Made by a program: the position numbers and the translations under genes. Of a stretch of DNA of 64,000 bases, positions 1 to 12,829 are shown piece after piece; position 1 is the stretch's first letter; each line of letters starts with the position of its first letter. The notes under the pieces were generated by a model, which made no database searches, had not been told where the DNA came from, and was given only the letters and a program-made list of their open reading frames with translations. Source of the DNA: Eledone cirrhosa (Eukaryota); the NCBI GenBank assembly GCA_964016885.1, contig OZ024742.1, positions 233,058,001-233,122,000 of the forward strand, in the 5' to 3' direction.

Positions 1-1236
1 GTTTAGCAACCATCGTTGTTCTTTGTTCAACACTGACAAAGGAACGATGTACTAGTTTTAAGCTTATTAGCTATCGTCAGCACCATATACCTTCTTGCCA
101 GATGATTGAACGTCTGAAAATATATACTTTCCTTATGCATATTAACGGCTGAGCAGCCTAATTTGCATATCGAGTGAGTTAGTCGGCCGGGCGCACCGAA
201 AACGATAAATGGAAAAAATGAAACAAAATTTCATTTCTCACTCTTAGTACGGCTGTTACTTAAATATAAGTATGTATACGTACATACATATATGTATACA
301 GACGTACAGTAGTATGTATATATATATACATACATGCACACATATATATATGTACGTATGGGTTTACCGAACATTTATTATATATGTACATTCTCTATAG
401 ATGTGCATATGCATGTAGATACTAGTTTCTATGTAAAATCTTCTGAATTAGTTTCAAATTATAGAAAGCTATATATATAGTTATGTTGAATATTTCTCAT
501 CTTCTTTAGTAGTAATAATAATAACAACAACAATAATAATAAAGAAAAATGTATAATGACAATTATTAGTAATTATACATCTTGCTACATAAGAAGGAAT
601 GCTTTTTAAGATGTAAGCTTTTCTGTAGCCAAAAGTGGTAATTATGTTGAGGAATGGTATCTGTCTGACATTGTTTATAAAGTAAACTGCAGGATCTGAA
701 GAAACCGGTGTTAGTCTACATCAGCTATTAGTGAGTATGTGTGTATGAATCCCAATATTCCTGCTGGAGTTGTCAGTCTGAACATAACTGATTACTTTCA
801 GAGGAGGAGTGAGAAAAAATATTAGAGGAAGAATTGACTCTAGTACTGGACTGGTACTTTTTTTTTTTGATCTTGAAAGAATGAAAAGCAAAGATGACCT
901 CAGCAGAATTTGAACTCAGAGTGCAGAGAGAAGGATTGAATATCGCAAAGCATTTTATCTCATGTTCTAATGACTCTGCAACTATTAGTGAGTATAAACA
1001 TGTCAGAACAAGAATACATTTTTAGTATGAGGTGGAAGGAATGTCTAATATTTTGGGCAGTACATTAGAGAGTGATAGGTAGTTTATATACTTTGAATTA
1101 ACGTTTGCAGTTGTAAGCATAATATACTTGCACTCTTAAAACACATGAATGGGGAAGTGGAGAAATAAAAAAAAAAGAGAAAAGTGAGCAAGAAAGACCG
1201 GAAGGCATTTCAGTATTTATTTGTATATATCACCAC

Positions 1237-2092
1237 TATACCACTATTAGCTGCTAAAGGGTTCTCCCTAAAAATGAAAGGCAGGTTGTACGATGCCTGC
1301 ATACGAACAGCAATGTTGCATGGCAGTGAGACCTGGGCATTGTGTGCAGAGGATATACGCAGACTAGAGAGGAACGAAGCTTGCATGCTCCGCTGGATGT
1401 GTAACAGTAATATACGTGAACGGCAAAGCATAAACGAACTAAGGAAAAAATTAGAAATAAGAGGGATCAGATGTTGTTTACTCGAGAGAAGGCTACGTTG
1501 GTATGGACACGTGATGCGCATGAAAGTCGATAGCTGTATAACAAAGTGCAGGGCAATAAAGATAGACGGTAGCCACGGAATAGGCAGACCTAGAAAAACC
1601 TGGGACGAGCTGATAAACTCCGACCTCACACACTTACACCTCTCCAAGACAATGTCACTGGACCGAGACCTTTGGCGGTACTCAGTAACAGAGAAGACCC
1701 GCCTTACCTAAATACATAGTAAAACCTACTACAGCCAGTAGGCATCTCTAACAAAATAACCCCCCCCCCCCATCCACACCACCCCGTTCTATGTAAAGTT
1801 GTGTTGGTGCCACACCATCCAGGCCGAAACAAATGAGATCATGTAGGTGTCACGACAAAAAAACACACAGTCCACGCTGTAATGTGGCCGTGTAGGCAAC
1901 ACGGTAAAAACATCCCAGACCCACACTGTAAATGTGGTTGGTGTTAGGAAGGGCATCCAACTGTAGAAAACCTGCCAGACAGTCCTATGCGAGCAAGACA
2001 ATCACTCTTGCCTCAAGTGGGACTACCCCCGTCCAAACCCATGCAAGCGTGGAACACGGACGTTAAACGTTGATGATGATGATGATGATGAT
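1237..2092 (+). mobile_element. 5'-truncated RTE-clade LINE: C-terminal ORF fragment, 3' UTR and (GAT)n tail
   Basis: ORF 1184-1711 contains KGRLYDACIRTAMLHGSETW...RRLRWYGHVMRM...GRPRKTW, typical of an RTE RT C-terminus. The element ends in GGACGTTAAACGT followed by (TGA)n at ~2071-2092. Confidence 0.85.
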
Positions 2093-3090
2093 CACCACCA
2101 ACAAGTGGCTTATCAACAACCAAGTAGCTGTCCCTGTTAGTCTTGCAGAGGACAAGGCAACCTTACTAAATAAAATGCACACAGTACACCCTCTAAGGTG
2201 TACTGTGTTTGGTTGACAGACAAATGGAGACCATATAGGGCTGAGAAGACGTAGCTATTCAAAATTGAATACAAAGAGTAGGTGAATACTGTAAAGTGGA
2301 CACCAGGCAGCAACCAGAAAATAGAATGATGGCACGATTGGTAACAACTAAATACACTCAATAATGTGAACAAAGTTCTGCAACCCAACTGCATATAGAC
2401 TGGGAAATAGGGCCAAATGTGTGACCAGATAATTGAAATCAAGGCATGACAGATGTGATGACAACAGTGCTATTGCCTTGACTATGTTTAGTAAGAGTAA
2501 AACATCATCACTATAATAATTTTATGTCTGCTTTCCCAAGAGGCATGGTTGGGATGGGTTGTAATGGTCTGAGACTAGATGAGTCAGAGAGACCTCATCT
2601 TGCTCATATGTTCCATGTTCAGCATAGTTTCTATGGCTAGATGAATTTCTTAATGGAAACAATCTCACAGAGTGTACTGAGTGCATTTTATAGTTGCACC
2701 AGCACTACTTCTTTACAGAGCATACTAGGTGTATTTCATCTTGGCACCAGCCCTAAAGAGGTTGTCACATGCTGAAGAGTCCTTTCTACATAATATTGTC
2801 TGTATTTGATCACCAAACCCTAACAAAAAAATGGTAATTGACTGTCATTTGTTCCATTTTATATGTACAACTTCACAAACATTTTGATGAAAAACAAACT
2901 AAGACAGTAATGCTTTATGCATGCAATTAAAGCAGTGATTAATATCAATTACCTTATATACTTGAATGTAAACTGATCCTCTTTTTATGCCTGAGAAATG
3001 GGCAAAAATTTCAACCATTACATAACGATTTTTTTACCAATTTCCAACTGTTTTGAAGGCCACATTCATTCAAAATACATAAAAAAAACT

Positions 3091-3222
3091 AATTTCACCT
3101 CCTAAGTGAAACTGGTGTAATTTCACCTCCAAAGTGAAACTAGTTTAATATTCACCTCCAAAGTGAATCTAGTGTAATATTCACCTCCAAAGTGAAACTG
3201 GTGTAATATTCACCTCCAAAGC
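3091..3222. repeat. Tandem minisatellite, 28-29 bp unit, ~4.5 copies
   Basis: Unit AAT(A)TTCACCTCCAAAGTGAAACTGGTGT, each with an internal TTCAC-n7-GTGAA palindrome. Confidence 0.9.
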
Positions 3223-3450
3223 AAAAATATTTTAGCACCTTATTTACATATAATTTAAAGTTGATGAAAATCATCACAATATTGACCCCCATTTTACCAT
3301 TGATATTTTGCCACATATTTCTCAACTTATATACAAGTACATACAGTACAATTGTTAGGTTACTTTCTTAATTGAGCAAGATATATTTCAAGCTTGGAAT
3401 TTTGAAACTCTGGTCAAAAGTCATAGTTAAATTAGAGTTAACATATTTAA

Positions 3451-3800
3451 CCCTTTAGCATTTACATTACCCTATATTTACTATTGTATTTTCGCAATAA
3501 AGGCTTTCACTCACATTATATCGAATCTACGAGATTTAGAATTTGGCAGTATTGTTAGAGCATCTGCCACTGAGTTCAAATCCTGCCAAAGTTAGCTTTG
3601 CCTTTCATCCTTATGGAGTCGATAAAATGAAGCACCAGTAATGCACTGGAGTAATTGCTAGCCTTCTGCCAAAAGTAGAAACAACTATTTATTTTGAGAA
3701 CAATACTTTAATGTTGGTATGAGTGACCAGTTACAGCTGGTTTGAACAGAAAGAAGCAAGAGAATTCTGACCAGATATAGCAGGTTTAAATGCTAAAGGG
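3451..3800. mobile_element. piggyBac-like non-autonomous MITE carrying an inserted SINE
   Basis: Perfect 14-bp TIR CCCTTTAGCATTTA (3451-3464) / TAAATGCTAAAGGG (3787-3800), with TTAA on both sides. SINE body at ~3540-3690. Confidence 0.85.
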
Positions 3801-4244
3801 TTAATGTAGCAAGCATAAAAAACTAATCAAAAATATGTGGTGAGTATAAAACAATATTCGTCACTGACTAAAGTCTTTGCAGATAAAATCATATACAGAA
3901 GTTATGTAAGGTGGTTGGCAATAGGGAGGGCACCCTACTGTAGAAATCATGTCAAAAGGGTTGAGAGGATTTTTTAGTTGTGTCAGGATCATGGCAACCT
4001 CTCTAGTATACTTTGTAAAGTAGTTAGTGATAGGAAGGACATTGAGTCATAGAAAACGTGAAAACAAAGGGTAAGGAAGACACTAGCTGTGTCAAAGACA
4101 TAACAACCTCCCTAGTATTGCTGTCATAAAATACACTCAGTAGAGTACGGGATCATATGTCAGACCTCTGGCGGACGTGGAGGTAGCAGTGAAAACAGAT
4201 GTTAATGATGATGATACTTATAGTTTCCTAGACTTGATTAAATA

Positions 4245-4399
4245 CCGTATTTCCTGGTGTTGAAGATGCTACTTTTTTCCTAAAAAATCTACCATGCGTC
4301 CTAGAGGCTGAAGGTTGTTTGTTATTTTTTTTCAAATTTTGGTTGTCAAAATTAGGGTGATCCTTGAGGATGAAGCATCTTCGCCGCCGGGAGATATGG
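4245..4399. mobile_element. Tc1/mariner-superfamily (Tc2/pogo-like) MITE
   Basis: TA at 4243-4244 and 4400-4401. Degenerate 26-bp TIR CCGTATTTCCTGGTGTTGAAGATGCT matches the other end at 20 of 26 positions. Confidence 0.7.
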
Positions 4400-4904
4400 T
4401 AGTTTAAATACTAAGAATCAATAACTAATATTGATTTTTTCTCAACACATAATTATTTCCAGTTAGCTTTTTAATGTTTTCTGTATTAAACATGTTAATG
4501 TAGTAAACATGACCCTTGTTTTGTCACTGAATAATTTATGGCCAAAAAGAATCTGATAGATTCTCTTTTATTCACATCCTTTTTTCACTTCTATTTTGCT
4601 TCATAAGATTGTTCAACAGTATTGAATGCTAGAGGAAAAAAAATCATTCAATTTTACAATTTATTGCATATAGAAATAATCTTACCAGAAGAATTTTTTA
4701 GTTTATTAAGAACCATCTGTCTCTTCAACTTTATAGCATCAGGCTTTAGATTCTTAACCACAGATATCTGAGGCGCACAGTTGCAGTTGCAGGAAATCAT
4801 TTTGGGTTACAGAACCTTGAAATGAAAATTTAAATAAAGACATTAAACTCAGATTAAATATCAGAATATTATAAACAGAAAATTATAAAATTAAAAGAGA
4901 ACTG

Positions 4905-6220
4905 GATCTCTGGAAAAGCACCTAAGCAATAGCAATCAGGAGTGATAATCCCAATTTTCAAAAAAGGACACAAGAAAGATTGTTCCAATAACATAGATTT
5001 CTTCGTTAAGCTTCCCCGGTAAAGTCTATGTTAAGTGTCAGGCAAAGAGATGCAGGGAGATTGTTAAGTCCAAGCTAGCTGATGAACAGTGTGGGTTTCA
5101 CCCTGGACGCAGCACAGCTGACCAAATATTCACACTGTCGCAGGTATTCGAGAATTAGTGGGAATATTGCCAAGAAGTATATTCTTGTTTTGTTGAGCTT
5201 GAGAAGGCATATGACTGTGTTCCTTGGGACCTGCTGAGGAAGGCTGTGCAGGAGTATGGGACTAATGGTCAGCTTCTTGCTGCCTTGATGTCTCTATATG
5301 AATGCCCGAGTATTTCAGATAAACAGTGGTAAATCAAAAACATTTAATGTGGGAGTCAAACTCTGCCAAGGGTGCATACTGTCATCTCTCCTGTTCATTA
5401 TTTACATGAACAGGACGATATATGCAGCTGAATTGCAAGTGGTATCATGACTGGCGGGTGTAAAATCAGTTGGTTGGAACTTGCAAATGATATGGTGTTA
5501 CTCAACTTGACAGATGATAGGTTTGATGCCGAATGCTGCATGGATGAAATGAAATTCAGTGCTGTGAAAACTGAGACACTCGTCCTCTTAAGGAATGGAG
5601 TTCCACTGAAGCAGGTAGAGAAGTTCAAGTATCTTGGGGTTCATGAGTGATGAAAGGCTGAATTAAGTGCAAGAATTGCAAAAGTTGGTGCAGTAATGCA
5701 CCAGCTTCAGCATTCAATAATCAGAAGAAGGGAGATAGGCGTAAAAACCAACCTCACTATCTCCAATTCGGTTTTTGTGCCAACCCTTACTTATGGTCAT
5801 GAATCTTGGGTAATGACCGAAAGAATACGATCGTGAATACAAGTGGCTGAAATAGGATTCCTCTGAAGGGTCTTTGGGGTAATGTTACTCGATAAAGTGC
5901 ATAGCTCGGAGATCACAGTCACTCCAGGTAGAACCGCTATTTCTCTGAATTGAGAAATCACAGCTCTGATACTATGGGCATGTGGTTAGAATGTCTCAGG
6001 GAAGAATCGCTGGACAGATTTTATGGGCAGAACCAACAGGTACGAGACCCAGAGGTAGACCCTGAGGAAGATGGTTGAATGATATCCATGAGCTTGGCTT
6101 GTCCCACTTGGGGATGCAGCCGGATCAGTTGCTTCAGACAGGATCCGCTGGAGGGAGTGTTTGAGGACTCTGCCCCGAAGACCCTCTCAGGGATAAGTGG
6201 GCAAAGAAGAAGAAAAAGAA
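4905..6220 (+). mobile_element. Decayed RTE (Expander-like) LINE 3' part with (GAA)n tail
   Basis: Broken frames read GVIIPIFKKG, EQCGFHPGRSTADQIFTL, KQVEKFKYLGV and PTLTYGHESWVMTE. Ends GAGGACTCTGCCCCG...AAGAAGAA. Confidence 0.85.
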
Positions 6221-6499
6221 CTTATATCTCATTAAAAATGTTATGCATTGTAAACATAGCTGGCTATACTGCTAATTTCATCCATTTGGTTTCTAAAACA
6301 AGTCAGATTTTTTAAATAAAGATGTTAAACTGACTATATTTCTGTATCCATGTGTTCAAATTAATTTTGAAAATAATAAAGAATTTGGAGCAATTTAGTA
6401 AATTAACTGTCATATATATTCATGTGCAATGTGGCAGCTACATTTAAATGTAGAGTGTGTATGGAACTACATAGGGAGAGGAAGTTGAGTAGGATCTTG

Positions 6500-7090
6500 G
6501 GAATGATTTGAAGATGGAAAGTAGGAAAGCATTTTGGAGACATGTTAAATGGAGAAGGTGGATCAGATTCTGCAGCAGTATCTTGACTGAGATGTGCATG
6601 GAAGATGATTCGTGAACTTTGTGGTGTGCTTATGAGGAAAGTAATATCATTGAAAGTGAAGGGAAAGAAGGTGTATGCTACATGTATGAGAAGTGCCATG
6701 ATTTGCAGAAATGAGACATGGGTGATAACGTAGAGCAACAGAGAAGGCGAGAAAGAATGGAAATGAGAACGGTCTGGTGGTTGACTGGTGTATTGCAATA
6801 AATTGCAAAGGATGGTGCAAATAGAGCCAGTGGTGACTGTTGATAAGAGAAATGGAATGAGATGTTGAGGAAGGATGAAGATGACTAAGTGGGAAGAGTG
6901 ATGGAAATGAATGTAGAAAGCAGTACAAGAAGGGCAAGATCAAGAAAGACATGCCTAAAAATGATGCAAGAGGAAATGAAAGCCAGAAGATTGGTGAGGG
7001 GAGATGCAGACAATGGAGAAGCTTGTCATGTAGCCCGCACGGTTAGCTCTTACTTTAGCAAGGAGGATGGCTTTAAAACGCTTGTGAATT
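6500..7090 (+). mobile_element. Highly decayed RTE LINE fragment
   Basis: Remnant frames SLKVKGKKVYATCMRSAM..ETW and RRARSRKT, similar to the element at 1237. Confidence 0.6.
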
Positions 7091-9207
7091 GATTGGTAAC
7101 TGTAAAGGCAGACACAGAACAGAAGAAACCAAAAGAAAACAAAACAAAATCCAGGAATATATAATGATATGAATGGATTGAAGTAGCTAAATACACAGGT
7201 AAAGATTAATAGATCTGATAAAAATAAGGATCAATTTGACAGTTGTTTCGATTGACATCTTAGAAAACTTTTTGTTGGGAATTGTGTTGTGTGGGTTTGC
7301 TACAATTATTGAACCCCATACAGATCTGTTAAAGCCCCACACGGTGATATTCAATCAAAATAAAGCAGTTGATGGGAATTTTTTTTCTACTGGTGGCCAT
7401 GCTGGAATTTTGTGGAGAATACTACCATCAAATTTAGAACTTAAAATATAGATTCTACGATAACTATGGGTTTATTGAGGAATGTTTGGCTTTGAGCTGA
7501 ACAAACGACCATACTAAAGTTTCTTTCTTAAAAAATACTGAGGGTGTGAGTAAACAGGAGGCTGTGTTCATTGGAAATGATTATATTGAAGTTATTCCAG
7601 CCCATCAATATTTTCGTTATCTCGCAATTCAATCTTTGGTTGCATTTTAAAGATCTGGTTTAAATAATAAATGATGAGATATAAAGACAGTATAAATTTC
7701 TAAAATATTCTAATTTTAGAGACGAAATTTGCATTTAAATCGCTCCTGAAAGAGCCTTCTAGTAACCCGCATGTTATGTTTTGAAATAATTTCTTTAAAG
7801 GAAGGGGAGTTAATATAATTTGTTTACATAAAATAGAAATGAAGGGGATCACTGAAAATAAAGAGCAACAAGTTACGAGTAGATCATCAAATCTCTCTCT
7901 CTCTATATATATATAAATAGATAAATATATACACACACACACACATATATATACACGTCTGCGGTTCTGAGACCAGGAAAACCACTAATCATGGGACTAC
8001 TCAATGCATGGGGAGATGCAGTTATACCCACACACATATATATATATCGAAATCCACTTTAAACTTTCTAGTTAAATGTGCTGGTCAAAATGTCGAAGCT
8101 GTTCTGTTTGATTTGTTTTTCTATGAATAGTTTTTGGCTAAATGAAATTCTTACAACAATAATAATTTTCGATTAAACCGCCACAGCATGGTGCTGTCGA
8201 TCAAAATCTCACAATATAAACAGTTGTATAAGAATAACTTTCTCGTGTATCAGGAATAGAAATCTTATTTTATTTTTATTTGAATCATAAACTTTACCGA
8301 GAACATACTACCAGCTGAAAATACTTTCAAAACAAACTCATCACATTCTAATGTATTGATATAATATAAATAAATAATCATTCCAACTTACCATAAATAA
8401 TTATTTCTTAACATAAAATCAAAACATGAAGACAAGTATTAAATCAAAACTGGCGCGACAAGATCTTATAAATTATAGAATGTACACGTTGCTGAAACGA
8501 AATAAGGACATAAGCGAATCGAAATAGATCTTTATTAATATATATATATAAACCCTGAAGTCATCTTAAAAACTGCTCTTCCTGATTAGATTAAATCATA
8601 ATATAGAAATACATTAGTTGATTACATAACTTCGCATTCTTGGATATTTATATTATATGTATATAATATTATTTTATTCATCACACACGCACACACATAT
8701 ATACTGTATATATGGTAAATATAGTATAGAAAAGCACACGTTGGGTTTACTAAGACATTAGGATTGGGATTTTTTCTTTGTGGAAATTACTTTTTCTTTT
8801 CTGGGTGTTTTCGTTTGTTTTCGACCGATCTGACGTCCGACCCACTCTTTAACAACTCCTTTTCTCGTAAACGAAGGTGGGAAGGGAGGGGCTCCACGGA
8901 GTTACAGATAAGCACCTCTCAGCCGATTAGAAAAATAGAAAAGCACCCAGTAGGAATGGCATTTGGGGGATAGGGATTCCATTTGCCGAGGCAGCATGCT
9001 GGAATAAAAACACGTGTATAGGTGATTAAAAATCCCCTAGCATATTAGGACTATATAACAGGCTTATAGTGTCGCTAGAAATAACAGCCAAAAGACCGTC
9101 TGATAAAATTGAACAAAGTAAGGAGTAGTTTAATAATAATTCAAGGTTAATTAGTCTCTAATACATAAATATCTCAATGAGAGGAATCTCTCAGAGAAGC
9201 AATATTA

Positions 9208-9635
9208 TATATTAAAATTAAGTGAGAAAAAACTCAATTTATGGGAGTATAAACAAGATAGACACACACACAAAATCTACTTGCGTATGTATAGATCTCC
9301 CTACCATGGTTTCACATGGGGAAGAATTATTATTGGAACCACCAATAATCGAAGAATCCACCATACTATTCAGTGTTTTTATTCCATCATGCTGCCTCGG
9401 CAAATGGAACAGTGTGTATGATTTCTTGGTCAATTTCTCTTAGATTTTGAAGAATTAAACACCCCTGAATAATACGGCGGATTTTTCAATAATGAGTGGT
9501 TCCAATAAGAATTCTTCCCCATATGATACCATGGTAGAGAGATCTATATATAAGCAAGTTTTAATAGGATGTTTTTTTTGTATATCCTGTTTATACTCCT
9601 ATAAATTGAGATTTTTCTCACTTAATTTTAATATA
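9208..9635. repeat. Fold-back / MITE-like inverted repeat (~180-bp arms, ~70-bp spacer)
   Basis: TATATTAAAATTAAGTGAGAAAAAACTCAATTTATGGGAG... at 9208 is the imperfect reverse complement of ...CTCCTATAAATTGAGATTTTTCTCACTTAATTTTAATATA ending at 9635. Confidence 0.85.
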
Positions 9636-9661
9636 ACACACACACACGCACACACACACAT

Positions 9662-9748
<87 letters not shown>

Positions 9749-9769
9749 CTCTCTCTCTCTCTCTCTCTT

Positions 9770-10030
9770 CGTTTTTGAATTTGTTTTGCAAGATTTCTTA
9801 TTTGCAAACAGGTGTTGAAACAGATATTGTTATACTTTGGGAGGGCCATGCAGCCAATAAAAAACGCACTCACCTGTTGGTTTTCACTTCAATTTATTAT
9901 AAATTTCCGGTTGGTTGGTTCAATAACCGGAAGGTTGTTTATATATTGTCAAAGCTCTTTCGTCACACATTCTGTGACCTATTCAGTGATTGATTTCTTA
10001 TTTTGTTTCTCTCCTTTGTTCTGTTCTACA
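9770..10030 (-). mobile_element. Penelope-like pseudo-LTR with a mutated hammerhead motif
   Basis: Homologous to 37070-37425. Minus strand 9948-9990 reads TCA CTGAATA G GTCACA gaatg TGTGAC GAAA GAGC TT TGA. Lies just 5' of, and inverted relative to, a Penelope RT fragment. Confidence 0.7.
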
Positions 10031-10209
10031 TCTTGTTTTTGTGTGTTCACAAAAAGAGCTATACATATACACACACAGGTGTAACGAATATTAGACGTTG
10101 CCACCCCCTCCTTCGTCAGTCGACGTCATCACCCTTCCTTACTCAGTCAACGTAATCACCCCTTCCTTCCTCAATCGATGTAATCACCCCGTCCATACAG
10201 ACCTCCGAA

Positions 10210-10635
10210 AACCATCACCAAGTAAGGAAAATGATCGTACATGCGGTGGGAGCCAACATACGACTAACCCTTAAGGAACATATGTTTAAGTTCAATGTCA
10301 AAACATATGCCCAAGAGGAGGGGATGGCCATTGGCATCAGCATTGCTGGCGACGTGGCCAACCACTTTATGACATGGTGGGGCAGGACACTTAAGGAACC
10401 TTTAGATGAGAACCTTATAACCCTGAATATGTACACCCACTGCGTAGAAGACATCTACATTGTAGTTAAAACACCCCCACAGACGAACAGTCAGGAATTA
10501 GAAAGAAACAGAATGGAAAGCATCCAGCAAATAGCAAACTCCATCCACCAGAGTATTAAAGTTACCGTAGACTACCTAACTAAACACCCCAACCACAGAC
10601 TACCTGTACTAAACACAGAACTCTTGTTAGAAACC
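10210..10635 (+). mobile_element. Penelope-like element reverse transcriptase fragment (decayed)
   Basis: HMFKFNVKTYAQEEGMAIG..AGDVANHFMTWW, a degenerate YVDD (CVED), and IKVTVDY..RLPVL match PLE RT motifs. Confidence 0.75.
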
Positions 10636-10699
<64 letters not shown>

Positions 10700-10932
10700 C
10701 TCCCTCTCTCTATCAGACGTGTGTCACTTCGCGGAGAAGTTTCCGTTAATTTATGTAAGAAAAAAACGTGAGTTTTTAGTTAAATTTTATATCATTGTGT
10801 AACTTGACCACCCGTCTGGACCTTCAGGTGGTGGGTCAACTCATTTTCGCCCCCTACAGGGGCGGAATATCCATTTAAAAAATTTTTCTCCATCGAATCT
10901 TGGAAAAAATATTGTAAAATTTTGATTACGTT

Positions 10933-12796
10933 ATGAACGCTGCGTCCAACGATAATGGTGGTGGAGAGGCGGTAAGACTACAAAGCTCGCAGTCAACAAC
11001 GTCTTCTTCACTAGATACTATAGAGATGGAAAGACAAAATGAAAATAAAAAAACGAATTCATATCCAAACAACACAAATGACACCAAACAGCTCAATGAC
11101 AACAAAAATAACAGCAAAACCAATAATGATGATGAAAGCAACAATGATAACAACAACAAAGAAAAAAATAAAGACAACGCCAACAACAACACCAAGGAAA
11201 ATACGGATGATACCAACATCGGTGACAACAAGAATAACAACAACAATAACAACAATAATGACAACACCACCAATACGGATTCCACAAAGAAACCAAAAAT
11301 CTCCTTTGCAGAGAAAGTTCAAAAGAAAGAAGAATTGATATATCTCGACATAACAAATGCTGAACAACTTTTAAAGGACGCTAAGAGATATGTCACTTTA
11401 AAAAAAAATGGTGCTTTCAGCATCAATTCTCCGGTAGAAATTCGCAAGGAAACTGCTCTCAAAACGATAGTTTTTAGGACAGTTTCCAATTCTACCCGAA
11501 AACCAGTCCAATTGTCACAGAAAGATATTGAACTGGTTTTCAAAAATTCAATGAATGATATTGCATTCATTCAAAGAAGCAAACTTTTTGGGAGTATTTC
11601 GGTACTCATGAAGGATCAATTGACGGCCCAAAATTACTCTGTGTCGCCAATTGTATCCAACCTGTACACCTTTTCCCCTAGATACATGGGAAAAAGGACA
11701 CAAAAGATCAGAATCACAAGTGTCACACCAAATGTGAACATATGGTGGATACTGTGCGGCTTCATCAATTTTGATGAAGACAGAATACTGTCAGTAGGAA
11801 AGTCCCCCAGAGATGTATTCAATGGGACTAGCATTGAAGTTCTGGTGCAAATGAGCCCAGAGCGAATAGCTATGATCCCACAGCGTGTACTCCTGGACGG
11901 ATTCACCTACATAAACCTTTCGGTTGAGGGTAGGCGGCCTTCATGTTACCATTGCTTTAGCAGGGGTCACCTGAGGGCTTCCTGTCCTAAACTAATGAAC
12001 CAAAAAAAGACTCTTCTGCCGACACCCATCAAAACAACACAACCACCAACACCACCACAACAACAACAACACCAATATACAAAAATAACCACAACAAACA
12101 CAGTCCCACCCAACCCCACTCCACCTAAAACTACTGCAAAATCACATACAGACACAACAGCTCCCCAAGACATACCCCTCCCCAATCACACAGACGATAC
12201 AACAGATGAGGCTATCTCGCCATCACCCAGTGAAGACGAGGGAGAACCCCATCGCTCGAAAAGAAAGAAAAGACATCACAAAAGCAAAAAACCAGCAAAC
12301 ACTACCACAAACATACAACCACCAACACAAACAACAAAAATATCACAAACAAAACCCCCACTTCTTGAAAACAAAATACCTACAACAAAACGAAAGCACA
12401 CACAAGAACTAGACAAAAACAAACACAACACAAGAAAATTACACTTACACTTACATAAACACTGAAAACAAAACACTAATGGAGACCATCACGAACGACC
12501 CTTCGGTTTTCACCGAAGGGAAAACTTTCGCCCACTCTATTAAAAATAGCAAAAAACTGAACCTAAAACTGATTAGGGTCCCTATACAAACTTATAGGTC
12601 CCTAAAAGAAACATTTGAGAAGGATGTGGGTAATTCCTGCGTGAAACCACTCAACCGCGTCCTTCTCAAATGCCTCCCCACCCCACCAAACATCTGCGTC
12701 CCCACCCCGCCGGAAACCACCACCCATCCAGACAACCCCTCCAACACCCCCATGGAAATCGTGCGGCCTGGTCCCCAGGAGGCGAAGGGTGAGTGA
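10933..12796 (+). pseudogene. Tx1-type ORF1 (nucleic-acid-binding, CCHC zinc knuckle), frameshifted near 12450
   Basis: GRRPSCYHCFSRGHLRASCP knuckle, Asn-rich N-terminus and Thr/Pro-rich C-terminus. Continues in another frame as ORF 12479-12796. Confidence 0.8.
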
Positions 12797-12829
12797 TCTC
12801 TTTTCCTCTTTTAACTTTTCAGCACCAAC

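Noticed and set aside
1-230. Promoter-like CpG patch with an ATTTGCAT octamer
   Set aside because: Short motifs only, with no linked gene or snRNA identifiable inside the window.
3091-3222. CRISPR-like palindromic repeats
   Set aside because: No unique spacers, no cas genes, eukaryotic context.
7236-7451. 71-aa ORF in unique sequence
   Set aside because: Non-ATG start, no recognisable domain and no supporting splice pattern.
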